32,000 nt of DNA, from contig NC_010546.1 of the NCBI RefSeq assembly GCF_000017845.1, positions 4,050,001 to 4,082,000 on the forward strand. The letters are read 5' to 3'. Under the pieces are notes generated by a model. It saw only the letters and a program-made list of their open reading frames with translations. It was not told where the DNA came from and made no database searches. The position numbers and the translations under genes were made by a program. Position 1 is the first letter of the stretch; every line of letters begins with the position of its first letter. Of the stretch, positions 8,101-16,314 are shown piece after piece. This stretch comes from Crocosphaera subtropica ATCC 51142 (GTDB taxonomy: Bacteria; Cyanobacteriota; Cyanobacteriia; Cyanobacteriales; Microcystaceae).

Positions 8101-8694
8101 AATGGTCAAATCATTGCCACTGCTAGTGATGATGGTACAGTTCAACTGTGGACTCCCCAAGGAAAGCCCTTAAACACCTTACGAGGGCATCAAGAAGGGG
8201 TGTTAGGGGTCGCCTTTAGCCCCGATAGTCAACGGGTAGTCACCGCCAGTAAAGATTCCACCCTCAAACTCTGGACGACCAAGGGGGAGGCGATCGCCAC
8301 GTTACGGGGCCATGAAACGGCAGTTAATTCTGTCAGTTTTAGTCCGGATGGTCAATTTATTGTCAGTGGGGGGAATGATGGTACGATTCGCCTCTGGACC
8401 AAAGACGGAACCCTCCTGCAAACCCTAGGGGGTCACGAGTCTGGGGTAAGAAAAGTCTTGTTTAGGCCCAATGGTCAGCAACTGATTTCTTCTGATGTAA
8501 CGGGGACTGTGATGCAGTGGGACTTAACCTTAGAGGCTAACCCTGAAACGTTACTAAAACAAGGATGTGAATGGGTTAAGGATTACTTGCAAACCAATCT
8601 CTATGTAAGCGAAACTGACAAACAGGTGTGCGCGCCGCAAAGCGGATCTCTTCGAGATCGCTTTCTTACTGCTAAAATATCCTTAACTCTCTAG
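5170..8694 (+). CDS. AAA-like (Pfam AAA_35-type) P-loop NTPase + single hydrophobic TM-like helix + 14 WD40 repeats (two 7-bladed propellers)
   Basis: Walker [11 protein letters not shown], Walker [19 protein letters not shown] and [14 protein letters not shown] blocks. Hydrophobic helix [22 protein letters not shown] (nt 6508-6573). Fourteen units of type GHQDxVxxVxFSPDGQxLATASxDKTAKLW. Confidence 0.9.
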   Translation: MYDSTSSYQYQVGGGLPANAPSYVVRSADEELYQALKAGTFCYVLNSRQVGKSSLRVRVTQRLHQEGFACVTVDLSGIGNRNSSPDQWYADIIMRLVRGLGLTKQIPVRRWLEERMFLSPINRLAEILQEELPKAIAKPIVIFFDEIDSTLSLPFNTDDFFALLRSCDEYDHLTFTLLGVATPSDLIADKTRTPFNIGRAIQLQGFQEAEVKPLILGLTPKVKQPQWVMKEILSWTGGQPFLTQKLCQLMISQGDKLLDTSHVAKIVQTQMIDNWIAQDEPPHFRTIRDRLLCHEQRASRLLGLYQQVLEEGQLLADDSPEQIELLLSGLVVKQAGYLRPYNPIYQAIFNLDWVEKQLQTLRPYGERLNAWVHSNYQDPSHLLRGQALIDAQTWAKGKNLSNQDYRFLAASQEQEKQEVQGTLLITEQANHILTKAQQKANRTIRRGFLGLSVVSVVALSLLGMAGWLTQKTVRQQQQVALGEVKAMTLASEASFEAHQTLNALLESLKAGNKLTEIGWHRADTDLKIRVEKALHQSLYRIQEQNRFNGHQDMVTRVKYSPDGQTLATASWDKTLKIWAKDGTLLQTLNGHQDAVWSVNYSPDGQFLVSASRDKTAKLWRVADGTKVATLDFNDDWVACVGFSPDSQRVATMGWNGVVKLWNLQGKEILSFKTHNAPVMAIHYSPKAELIATASRDGTAKIWNLQGEAVATLRGHQDWVMYVNFSPDGQTLVTGSKDKTAKLWDLQGRELATLEGHTETVGSGAFSRDGQTIATAGFDKTVRLWNRQGKLLNVLRGHTDAVWGVNFNETGQILASSGEDGTVRLWNLNHALKSAQSLTILPEEDAAKADISLSPDGQLLGTAGRYTMGKLWDLQGNMVAKLSSHGDNLRSIAFSPDGQLLVTASRDKTAKLWNRQGDALATLRGHQGDVRDASFSPDGQWIVTASWDKTAKLWNRQGQVLFTLQGHEESIRQVEFSPNGQIIATASDDGTVQLWTPQGKPLNTLRGHQEGVLGVAFSPDSQRVVTASKDSTLKLWTTKGEAIATLRGHETAVNSVSFSPDGQFIVSGGNDGTIRLWTKDGTLLQTLGGHESGVRKVLFRPNGQQLISSDVTGTVMQWDLTLEANPETLLKQGCEWVKDYLQTNLYVSETDKQVCAPQSGSLRDRFLTAKISLTL
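6814..8520 (+). repeat. Intragenic tandem array of about 123-nt WD40-coding units with near-identical DNA segments between some units
   Basis: GGGATAAAAC(G/C)GCTAAACTGTGGAATCGACAGGGA occurs at 7883 and 8006, exactly 123 nt apart with one mismatch. GATAAAACCGCTAAACT also recurs near 7008 and 7377. TTTAGTCCCGATGGTCAATTATTAG recurs near 7727 and 7847. Confidence 0.8.
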
Positions 8695-8710
8695 GGTGAC
8701 ATGATAGTTT

Positions 8711-10102
8711 ATGGCAGGTCGTCGTCAAGAACCCCTTATTTCTTTTGAAAATGCTTTAACCATTGCTGATCAAGCGGTTTTTTCCAAGACAGGAAGACAT
8801 CTCAAAAATATTGAAGTTGCTGTCTTACAAGGCTCTTTATTGGGTCATAATTACGACCAAATTGCTGATGAAGTGGGTTATGCACCAGAATATATCAAAC
8901 ACGATGTTGGTCCAAAATTGTGGAAACTTCTCTCGGCCAGCTTTGGAGAAAAGGTGAGCAAAACCAATGTGATGGCGGTCTTAGCGCAACAAACCCATCG
9001 CCATAACACCACTTCTGTGTTGCCTGGAGACAATGGCTTTAAACCTTCTGCCTTAGAACCCCCAGTCGGACCGGTTTCCCTTCACTCTCCCCTTTACCTA
9101 CAACGGCCTCCCATTGAATCTCGTTGCTACGACGAGATTTTACGTCCCGGTTCTTTGATCCGCATCAAAGCCCCCCGTCAAATGGGAAAAACGTCTCTGA
9201 TGCTGCGAATCTTAGACCATGCTAAACAACAATTAGAGCATGATGGGGTGATGACTGTAGCCTTGAGTTTACAACGGGCTGATAAAGCTGCATTTTCAGA
9301 TTTAGATCGCTTCTTACGTTGGTTTTGTACGGTCATTACCCGCAAACTCAAACTCCCCTATCGGGTTGAAGACTACTGGAGTGATACGTTTGGCAGCAAA
9401 AGCAACTGTACCGCCTATTTTGAAGATTGCATTCTATCAGAAATTGACGGGCCTTTAGTGTTGGCCTTAGACCAAGTGGATGAAGTCTTTCTACATCCAG
9501 AAGTGGCGGATGATTTTTTCACTTTACTCCGTTCCTGGTACGAAGAAGCTTCCTATGGAGACAGTGGCAACCCCCTTTGGCAAAACCTTCGTCTAATCAT
9601 TGTTCATTCTACAGAAGTTTATATTCCCCTTGATATTAATAAATCTCCCTTTAATGTGGGGTTAGCAATCGAATTACAACCGTTTACCTTTGACCAGGTT
9701 TCTATCTTGGCTAAATCTTATGCTCTAAACCTCTCAAACGCTGATCTTCAGCAACTTATGGACTTCATTGCTGGCCACCCTTATTTAGTACAACAAGCCC
9801 TGTATCATCTGGCTACCCAAAACCTTACCCTAGAAGGGTTGATCAACACAGGGGCAACCGATGCGAGTATTTATCATCATCATCTTCATCGATTATTACA
9901 AAATTTGCGAGAACATCATATTTTATCAACCACTTATCAACAAGTTTTAGAAGCATCAGCGCCGATTGAATTGGAACAATTACCAGCGTTTAAATTACAT
10001 AGTATGGGTTTGGTTGTTTTACAAGGAAATCAAGTAATCTCAAGTTGTCAATTATATAGGCAATATTTTTTAACAAAAAACATTGTCTGTGATGAAGGAT
10101 AA
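8711..10102 (+). CDS. LuxR/sigma70-r4-like HTH module + AAA-like (AAA_35-type) P-loop NTPase
   Basis: N-terminus LKNIEVAVLQGSLLGHNYDQIADEVGYAPEYIKHDVGPKLWKLLSASFGEKVSKTN is paralogous to the N-terminus of the 1-2053 gene. Walker A APRQMGKTSL, Walker B LALDQVDEV, DDFFTLLRS and SPFNVGLAIELQPF are paralogous to the 5170 NTPase. Only 16 nt separate it from the upstream stop. Confidence 0.85.
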   Translation: MAGRRQEPLISFENALTIADQAVFSKTGRHLKNIEVAVLQGSLLGHNYDQIADEVGYAPEYIKHDVGPKLWKLLSASFGEKVSKTNVMAVLAQQTHRHNTTSVLPGDNGFKPSALEPPVGPVSLHSPLYLQRPPIESRCYDEILRPGSLIRIKAPRQMGKTSLMLRILDHAKQQLEHDGVMTVALSLQRADKAAFSDLDRFLRWFCTVITRKLKLPYRVEDYWSDTFGSKSNCTAYFEDCILSEIDGPLVLALDQVDEVFLHPEVADDFFTLLRSWYEEASYGDSGNPLWQNLRLIIVHSTEVYIPLDINKSPFNVGLAIELQPFTFDQVSILAKSYALNLSNADLQQLMDFIAGHPYLVQQALYHLATQNLTLEGLINTGATDASIYHHHLHRLLQNLREHHILSTTYQQVLEASAPIELEQLPAFKLHSMGLVVLQGNQVISSCQLYRQYFLTKNIVCDEG

Positions 10103-10414
10103 GAGATTGTTCCTTTGGCTTTAATATTCAAGCTTCTAATTTCTGAGTTGTCAATTCCGATTCCAACGTTTACCCTAACCTAACCTGAGTTCGGAGTTAA
10201 AATATATGCAACGAAATAATGGGTGTTTTAGGCAACGATTTGATTAACCCTTTGAGCTTATCCCGAACTCAGGCTGACAGAAATTATACTCCCACAACCA
10301 GTAAAAAAGCGAGAAATAAAATTTTCTACTGCTCCATTTTTCTCAAGAGTTGCTAAGATGCTAAAAACTGTTGGCTCTAGATTAATCATGTCTTGAGACT
10401 GATGGCTAAATGTA

Positions 10415-10921
10415 ATGGATTCTACAAATAAGAAAATGCTTAAACAATTATTATGGAACGGGTGTCTAGGCGTAGTTATTTGCGCCACTGGTTTTGGGGG
10501 ATTTCCCGCTTATAGTCAGCCAGGAGAAATGATCGCTCAATCTTCTTCTGAAATGGCTGCTAAAGATATTTCACAACAAGAGTTAGAAAAATTTGCCAAA
10601 GCGATCGCTGATTTACGGGCGATCGATGAACAAACTCAGCAAAGAATGATTGAAGCGGTTCAAGCGACAGGAATGTCCCCCGAAGAATTTATGGAAATTG
10701 GCAAACAAGAAGATACGCAAATGAATCTCTCGGCCGATAAACAAATGCAGTTTGAAGAAGCCTTAGAAGCGGTGAGAGACCTCAATGAAGAAGATCGCAA
10801 GAAAAAACGAGTTGCTGTCCAAGAGGCAGGTTTAGAAATTTCACGGTTCAATGAAATCGGCAGAATTGTCGAAAATAATCGTGATCTACAAAAGCAAGTG
10901 GTTGAAATCTTATCTCGATAA
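10415..10921 (+). CDS. DUF4168-family exported protein
   Basis: Signal-like N-terminus (LLWNGCLGVVICATGFGGFPAYSQ). Blocks ISQQELEKFAKAIADLRAIDEQ and ISRFNEIGRIV are typical of DUF4168. Alternative start at ATG 10436. Confidence 0.7.
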   Translation: MDSTNKKMLKQLLWNGCLGVVICATGFGGFPAYSQPGEMIAQSSSEMAAKDISQQELEKFAKAIADLRAIDEQTQQRMIEAVQATGMSPEEFMEIGKQEDTQMNLSADKQMQFEEALEAVRDLNEEDRKKKRVAVQEAGLEISRFNEIGRIVENNRDLQKQVVEILSR

Positions 10922-11157
10922 TATAAAAGGGAGTATCAGCCAACTTAACATTACTCTGGTGGGTACTCCCTTTCCTTCATCCTGATATAAAAGCGGAGTT
11001 GAGTCTTTTTTTACGAGATAATAGGGGTTTGAAACTACTGCTTCCTCTGCTTACCCTACTATACAGTCTAGTATTCAAAGAGATTTCATTTAGAGAGATA
11101 TCCGAAAAAGACGAACAGAGGATTAAAATGTTTTAGATAGCACTCATTTTTCTTCCT

Positions 11158-12552
11158 ATGTTTAATTGGTTTCGCCGTAAAATTAATAAGACCGAATCAG
11201 AACCAGTTTCAGAACCCACTGAACAAGTGACCACTCCTGAAACTGAACCTTCTAGCAAACAAAGCGATCAAGAAGATTATTTAACTTGGGCAAAAACCGC
11301 ATATAAAAATATTCAACAACGTCAAACCCCCTCAACCTCACAGCCAGAAGCAACAGAACTCCCCCCAGAAACCACAGAACAGCCAGTTACTGAAGTTGAA
11401 CCAGAAACCCCTCAAAACTCTCAGTCCCCTCCAAAAGAGACTAAGAAAGAAGAAACCCCGGCGTGGATGCAAAAATCCGATCGCCTAGAAGCCCTCAAAG
11501 AAACGGCCATGGAAACGGCGGCCGTAGAAGACACCACTCCTATCACCTTCGACGAAGAATTTGTTTGGTCAGCGAAAGTTTTAGCAGCCCAAGGACGGGC
11601 CCCAGATGACATTTCAGAAGAAGAAATTAACTGGTTAAAACGGCTACGTCAAGGTTTAGGCAAAAGCCGTCGTGGGTTAGTTAACCAATTAAAATCCATC
11701 GTCGGTCAAGGGCCTCTGAATGAAGATGCCGTTATGGAAATTGAAGCCCTGTTATTACAAGCAGATACAGGGATAGAAGCGACGGATTACATTATTTCTA
11801 CCTTACAAAATAAACTCTTAGAAGAAGCTTTACCCCCAGAACAGGCACTAGACTACCTCAAAAGTATTTTACGGGATATTTTAGACCGTCCTTTGCAAAA
11901 AGTGGTTAACCCAGGGTTTGCCCCAGAAAAAGGGGTTTTGAATATTTGGTTATTAACCGGGGTCAATGGCGCAGGAAAAACCACAACCATCGGCAAATTA
12001 GCCCATTTAGCTCAAAAATCTGGCTACAATTGTATCATTGCTGCTGCTGATACCTTTCGGGCTGCTGCTGTTGAACAAGTGAAGGTTTGGGGTGAAAGAA
12101 CCAACACCCCTGTTATTGCTAACCCTGGCAAAAATACAGACCCGGCTGCTGTAGTATTTGACGGCATTTCGGCAGCCCAAGCCCGTCAAGCAGATTTATT
12201 ATTAGTAGATACAGCCGGAAGACTCCAAAATAAAAAGAATTTAATGGCCGAATTAGCAAAAATTAGGCGTATTATTGATAAAAAAGCAGATAAAGCTCAA
12301 GTAGAATCCTTGTTAGTCTTAGATGCCACTTTAGGACAAAATGGGCTACGTCAAGCGCAAGTTTTCTCCGAAGCAGCCAATTTGAGTGGGGTAGTTTTAA
12401 CCAAATTAGACGGAACAGCAAAGGGTGGGGTTGCTTTAGCGGTTGCCCAACAATTAGAATTACCTATTCGTTTTATTGGGGTTGGAGAAGGAATCGAAGA
12501 TTTACGACCTTTTTCTAGTTATGAATTTGTCGAAGCTTTACTAAATGAATAA
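11158..12552 (+). CDS. ftsY: Signal recognition particle receptor FtsY
   Basis: Acidic/Pro-rich A-domain followed by the NG domain: GVNGAGKTTTIGKLA, DTAGRLQNKKNLMAEL, TKLDGTAKGG. Confidence 0.95.
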   Translation: MFNWFRRKINKTESEPVSEPTEQVTTPETEPSSKQSDQEDYLTWAKTAYKNIQQRQTPSTSQPEATELPPETTEQPVTEVEPETPQNSQSPPKETKKEETPAWMQKSDRLEALKETAMETAAVEDTTPITFDEEFVWSAKVLAAQGRAPDDISEEEINWLKRLRQGLGKSRRGLVNQLKSIVGQGPLNEDAVMEIEALLLQADTGIEATDYIISTLQNKLLEEALPPEQALDYLKSILRDILDRPLQKVVNPGFAPEKGVLNIWLLTGVNGAGKTTTIGKLAHLAQKSGYNCIIAAADTFRAAAVEQVKVWGERTNTPVIANPGKNTDPAAVVFDGISAAQARQADLLLVDTAGRLQNKKNLMAELAKIRRIIDKKADKAQVESLLVLDATLGQNGLRQAQVFSEAANLSGVVLTKLDGTAKGGVALAVAQQLELPIRFIGVGEGIEDLRPFSSYEFVEALLNE

Positions 12553-12564
12553 TTAAGGTAAAAA

Positions 12565-12596
12565 AGTTTAGAAAAGGTATCAACTTTTTCTAAACT
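12565..12596. terminator. Hairpin between convergent ftsY and the TspO-related gene
   Basis: AGTTTAGAAAA (12565-12575) pairs with TTTTCTAAACT (12586-12596). The stem is AT-rich, so this is moderate evidence only. Confidence 0.45.
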
Positions 12597-12662
12597 AATC
12601 TTTTGATTAATTTAGGTATAACTGACATCTTGCAGGCCTTACAAATAAACTTAATAATGTAA

Positions 12663-12708
12663 GCATTCAGCACTCACCGTTGAGCAGTCAGGGTTATAGG
12701 AATATAAG
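12663..12708. repeat. STRR-like heptamer run (GCATTCA GCACTCA CCGTTGA GCAGTCA) + GGGTTATAGGAATATAAG; related to 16127-16156
   Basis: 7-nt periodicity read directly. Similar to GCGTTCA GCGTTCA GGTTATAGAAATATAG downstream of the nuclease gene. Confidence 0.35.
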
Positions 12709-12759
12709 TAGAAGATAATAGTGACCGAATCATAGCGAGAATAACACACACAGGAAAAT

Positions 12760-13536
12760 TCAATCTAGCCTTAATCTAGTCTTTTTTGCAGGGTTTAATA
12801 ACATCATGACTACCAATATTGTTGCGGAAACCCCAGACGCTAAGGCAATAGCAAGAATATCTAAATGACGCATCATAATAGCAATTAAAGCCCAAATAAA
12901 GACACCGCAATACACTCGATCACTTCTACGAATTATTATTAAAATACCTAGAATAGCTGCAAGAATAATTATAATTACTGTCCAAAAAATATTAGAAATA
13001 CCCAAACCATCCCATTTTATCCAATATAAAGCCAAAGCAAAGTTAACAATTGTAGCGACTGTAATCCATCCTAAATAAATACTAATAGGAAAATTAACCA
13101 ACCATTTTTGAGTTTTTGTAACCAAATTTAAAGGGATTTCTAATTTTAAATAGAGTAAAATCAAAGAACCCAAAATTATCAACATGGCTACAGTAGATAA
13201 GATAAAAAAGCGAGATAAAAATAAGAAAACCCAAACAATTTGCGCCAGACTACTAACTACTAAATAGTAACCCATTTTCTGTAAATAAGAATCATCCTTA
13301 TTTTTAGGTAAACCCTGATAAATGGCTAAACTAATTAATCCTAAATAAATAAGTCCCCAGATAGCGAAAGCATAACTCGCAGGGGTAATTAAAACATCCT
13401 TAAAAAGAGTATTAGAAATTTCTCCAATCGTTAAACCATTAATCGGCACAATGTTGGCTAATACATTAGAAAAAAAAGCAGCTAAAATGGCTAATAAATT
13501 AGCCCATTGTCTCATCATATTTTTGTCTAATTTCAT
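12760..13536 (-). CDS. Polytopic membrane protein, TspO/MBR-related (tryptophan-rich sensory protein-like)
   Basis: 258 aa with about 7 hydrophobic helices. The N-terminal block NVLANIVPINGLTIGEISN...ITPASYAFAIWGLIYLGLISLAIYQ resembles proteins usually annotated this way. Confidence 0.55.
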   Translation of the reverse strand: MKLDKNMMRQWANLLAILAAFFSNVLANIVPINGLTIGEISNTLFKDVLITPASYAFAIWGLIYLGLISLAIYQGLPKNKDDSYLQKMGYYLVVSSLAQIVWVFLFLSRFFILSTVAMLIILGSLILLYLKLEIPLNLVTKTQKWLVNFPISIYLGWITVATIVNFALALYWIKWDGLGISNIFWTVIIIILAAILGILIIIRRSDRVYCGVFIWALIAIMMRHLDILAIALASGVSATILVVMMLLNPAKKTRLRLD

Positions 13537-13643
13537 GATTAATAATGTTGAAAATTTTAATACTAAAAAATAGAAGTCAAGAACTATCCTTAATTCTCAA
13601 CTTCTTTAAAAGTTAACATTTATTTCTAAAATAGACTATTCTT

Positions 13644-13886
13644 CTAAGAAGGTTTAGGATAACTTCTGGCGTAGTAATCAGAAGCAACTACCTCTAAAAC
13701 TTCTCCTGGACTGAGAAGGGGATAAATGCAATTCATCCGATTTTCCCAAACGATATGGGCAATTTCATAATCAGGACAGTTGATACGATAAGTGTTATCT
13801 GATACCACCGATAAACGACAACCCCTCGGAAGTAGTATAGACAATAATAACTGAAGACTTTGCGGACCTAGTACATTAGAAGCCAT
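13644..13886 (-). CDS. Hypothetical small protein (80 aa)
   Basis: ORF only. Same strand as, and upstream of, the membrane protein. No motif recognised. Confidence 0.4.
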   Translation of the reverse strand: MASNVLGPQSLQLLLSILLPRGCRLSVVSDNTYRINCPDYEIAHIVWENRMNCIYPLLSPGEVLEVVASDYYARSYPKPS

Positions 13887-14159
13887 GTTAGAAATTTTTT
13901 ATATTTTTTTAAGACTTGCATCCCATTGTACAAGGTAACGGAACCAGTATTTTGAGAATAAACCGTGAAAAGGCAAAAATGCTAAGAGAATCTTTAGCTT
14001 ACTTCAGTGGCGTAATTAATTAACGTTTCATCAGGGTTAGACATCGCTATATTTAAAAGAATACATAGAAATTTTGAATGAATTAACTTGACATTAACCC
14101 AAAATAAGCAACTTACTCTTAAGCTTAGAGATAAATCAAACAATAACCAGCTTATCGTC

Positions 14160-16121
14160 ATGATTCAGAAAATTGCTCGTATTTTCTTAAGCACGTTATT
14201 CTGTATTTTACTGGTAGCTAAACCCAGTTGGGCTATTAATGTGTCTCCTGGCGATCGCATTGAACTCCAAGCCACTTCTTCCTTAGGCGTTCCCCTTCAT
14301 GATCGTCCGTCTCCAAGCTTAGTGGGCAGAACACCCGATAAAACCATTGCCGAAGTGGTAGCGATAGCCAATGATCAACGCTGGATTGAGATCAAGTTAC
14401 CCTCTGGGGCGCAAAATTGGATTGTAGAGCGATATATCGGTCGTATCGTCTCATCTTCGGGGGAAACCATCGATACTCGTGAAGTAACTAACTTGCTATC
14501 GGGAGAAGATAAGCTCACTGTAGCAGCCATGAACGTAGAAAATTTAGACCCAGACGATAGCGATCGCTTAAATCCTTTGGGTAAACTCATTGTTAACAAT
14601 TTAAAATCTCCCGATATTATCGTTCTGATTGAAATACAAGATAACGATGGTCCCAATAATTCAGACATTACCGACGGAACCGAAACTTATAATGCTTTAA
14701 TTGATGCCATTACCACGGCTACGGGACCTGATTATATTGCCTTTGATATTCCCCCTGGCGATGACAAAGACGGAGGACAACCGGGGGGCAATATTCGTGT
14801 CGGTTATCTATATCAACCCTCTAGAGTGGCGTTAAACCCAGGAACTGCAGGAACGGCAACAGATACAGTTACCGTTTTAGAAGGTCCAACATTATCCTTA
14901 AACCCTGGCCGCATTGAACCCGATAATGGTGCGTTTCAGAACAGTCGTAAGCCGATTGTAGCTGAGTTTCAATTTAAGCAAAATCCTATATTTATCATCG
15001 GTAATCATTTTGTTTCTCAACGGGGTGGTAATGATGATAAACGACGAAAACAAGCGACGGTGGTGGGGAATTTTGTTAAAGCGTTATTGTCTGAAGATAG
15101 CAAAGCCAATGTGATTGTCGCAGGGGATCTTAATGATGTGATTGATTCAGAACCTATTACTATTTTAGAAAGGTCTGGATTGACCAATTTGTCTAAGTTA
15201 TTGCCTCCAAGCGATCGCTATACCTATGAATTCAACAATAATCTTCAACAACTTGATTACATTTTAGTCAGTGACAATTTATTCACCACAGGTAAGAGTC
15301 AATTTGATATTGTTCATGTTAATGTCAATCAACCCAGTAATCTCGCTTTGAGTGATCATGATGTGGTACTCGGTCAATTTCCCTTACCTGAAATGGCTGA
15401 AATGCTAGAAACCCCGTCTTCTGAAAGCATTTTTCCAGACTTGAGTGGAGAAGCGTTACGCTCACGTTTAGCAACAGAATATCGAGTGAAAACCAGTTTA
15501 GGATACGATAATGCAAGAGACTTTATGTACAGCGAACTGGATAATGAAAACGGTATGGTTAGGGGAATTTATTCGGATTTTACCGTGGAAGTTAATCCTA
15601 ATTCTTCTCGTCCTCGATCAGATGCTTATCAAAAGGGGAAAGGAATTAATGCTGAACATTCTTGGCCTCAAAGTAAAGGAGCAACTGGGGTGGCTAAAAG
15701 TGATATCCATCATCTTTTTCCCACTCAAGTAAGAGTGAATAGTCTTCGGGGTAGTTTTCCGTTTGCAGAAATTGAGGATAGTCGCACCGAACGCTGGCTA
15801 ATCGATAACCGAGAGGAAAACACCATTCCTAGCAGTAATATTGATGCTTATAGTGAATGGATCAACGGTGGTTTTGAACCTAAAGAAAGTGTGAAAGGGA
15901 ATATTGCCAGAGCCTTGTTTTACTTTTACACGATTTATCGGGATCAAGCCGAAGAAGGTTTCTTTGAGGGGCAACAAGATACCCTTTGTGATTGGAATGT
16001 CAATGATCCTGTCGATGCTGCTGAACTCAAACGCACTCATGAAATTGCGCTAAAACAAGGCAATGATAATCCTTTTGTTGTTGATCCAACCTTAGCAAAG
16101 CGTCTCTATTGTAATCCTTAA
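14160..16121 (+). CDS. Secreted dual nuclease: signal peptide + SH3-like module + endonuclease/exonuclease/phosphatase (EEP) domain + endonuclease I (EndA-type) domain
   Basis: Start preferred at ATG 14160 (MIQKIARIFLSTLFCILLVAKPSWA). EEP blocks: AAMNVENLD, VLIEIQDNDG, IGNHF, AGDLND, DYILVS, LSDHD. Endonuclease I blocks: INAEHSWPQSKG, DIHHLFPTQVRVNSLRGSFPF, GNIARALFYFYTIY. Confidence 0.85.
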   Translation: MIQKIARIFLSTLFCILLVAKPSWAINVSPGDRIELQATSSLGVPLHDRPSPSLVGRTPDKTIAEVVAIANDQRWIEIKLPSGAQNWIVERYIGRIVSSSGETIDTREVTNLLSGEDKLTVAAMNVENLDPDDSDRLNPLGKLIVNNLKSPDIIVLIEIQDNDGPNNSDITDGTETYNALIDAITTATGPDYIAFDIPPGDDKDGGQPGGNIRVGYLYQPSRVALNPGTAGTATDTVTVLEGPTLSLNPGRIEPDNGAFQNSRKPIVAEFQFKQNPIFIIGNHFVSQRGGNDDKRRKQATVVGNFVKALLSEDSKANVIVAGDLNDVIDSEPITILERSGLTNLSKLLPPSDRYTYEFNNNLQQLDYILVSDNLFTTGKSQFDIVHVNVNQPSNLALSDHDVVLGQFPLPEMAEMLETPSSESIFPDLSGEALRSRLATEYRVKTSLGYDNARDFMYSELDNENGMVRGIYSDFTVEVNPNSSRPRSDAYQKGKGINAEHSWPQSKGATGVAKSDIHHLFPTQVRVNSLRGSFPFAEIEDSRTERWLIDNREENTIPSSNIDAYSEWINGGFEPKESVKGNIARALFYFYTIYRDQAEEGFFEGQQDTLCDWNVNDPVDAAELKRTHEIALKQGNDNPFVVDPTLAKRLYCNP

Positions 16122-16126
16122 AAAAA

Positions 16127-16156
16127 GCGTTCAGCGTTCAGGTTATAGAAATATAG
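16127..16156. repeat. STRR-like heptamer repeat copy (GCGTTCA GCGTTCA GGTTATAGAAATATAG)
   Basis: Starts 6 nt after the nuclease stop codon. Related to 12663-12708. Confidence 0.35.
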
Positions 16157-16314
16157 CTGACGGCTAGTGAACTTTTTACCCTGATGGGGTGTCAGTTTTG
16201 GTGTAGGCAAAACACGCCCATCACTACGCGCACTCTATCTGATAAAATTGTCATGGAAGTTCCTATTCTTAAGCTGCCTCGAAGGAGCGATCATTACAAT
16301 TTTAATAAGACCTA

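Noticed and set aside
10258-10488. 76-aa minus-strand ORF in the spacer before the DUF4168 gene
   Set aside because: It overlaps the DUF4168 start and the inverted-repeat structure. It has no SD sequence or recognisable motif and is probably non-coding.
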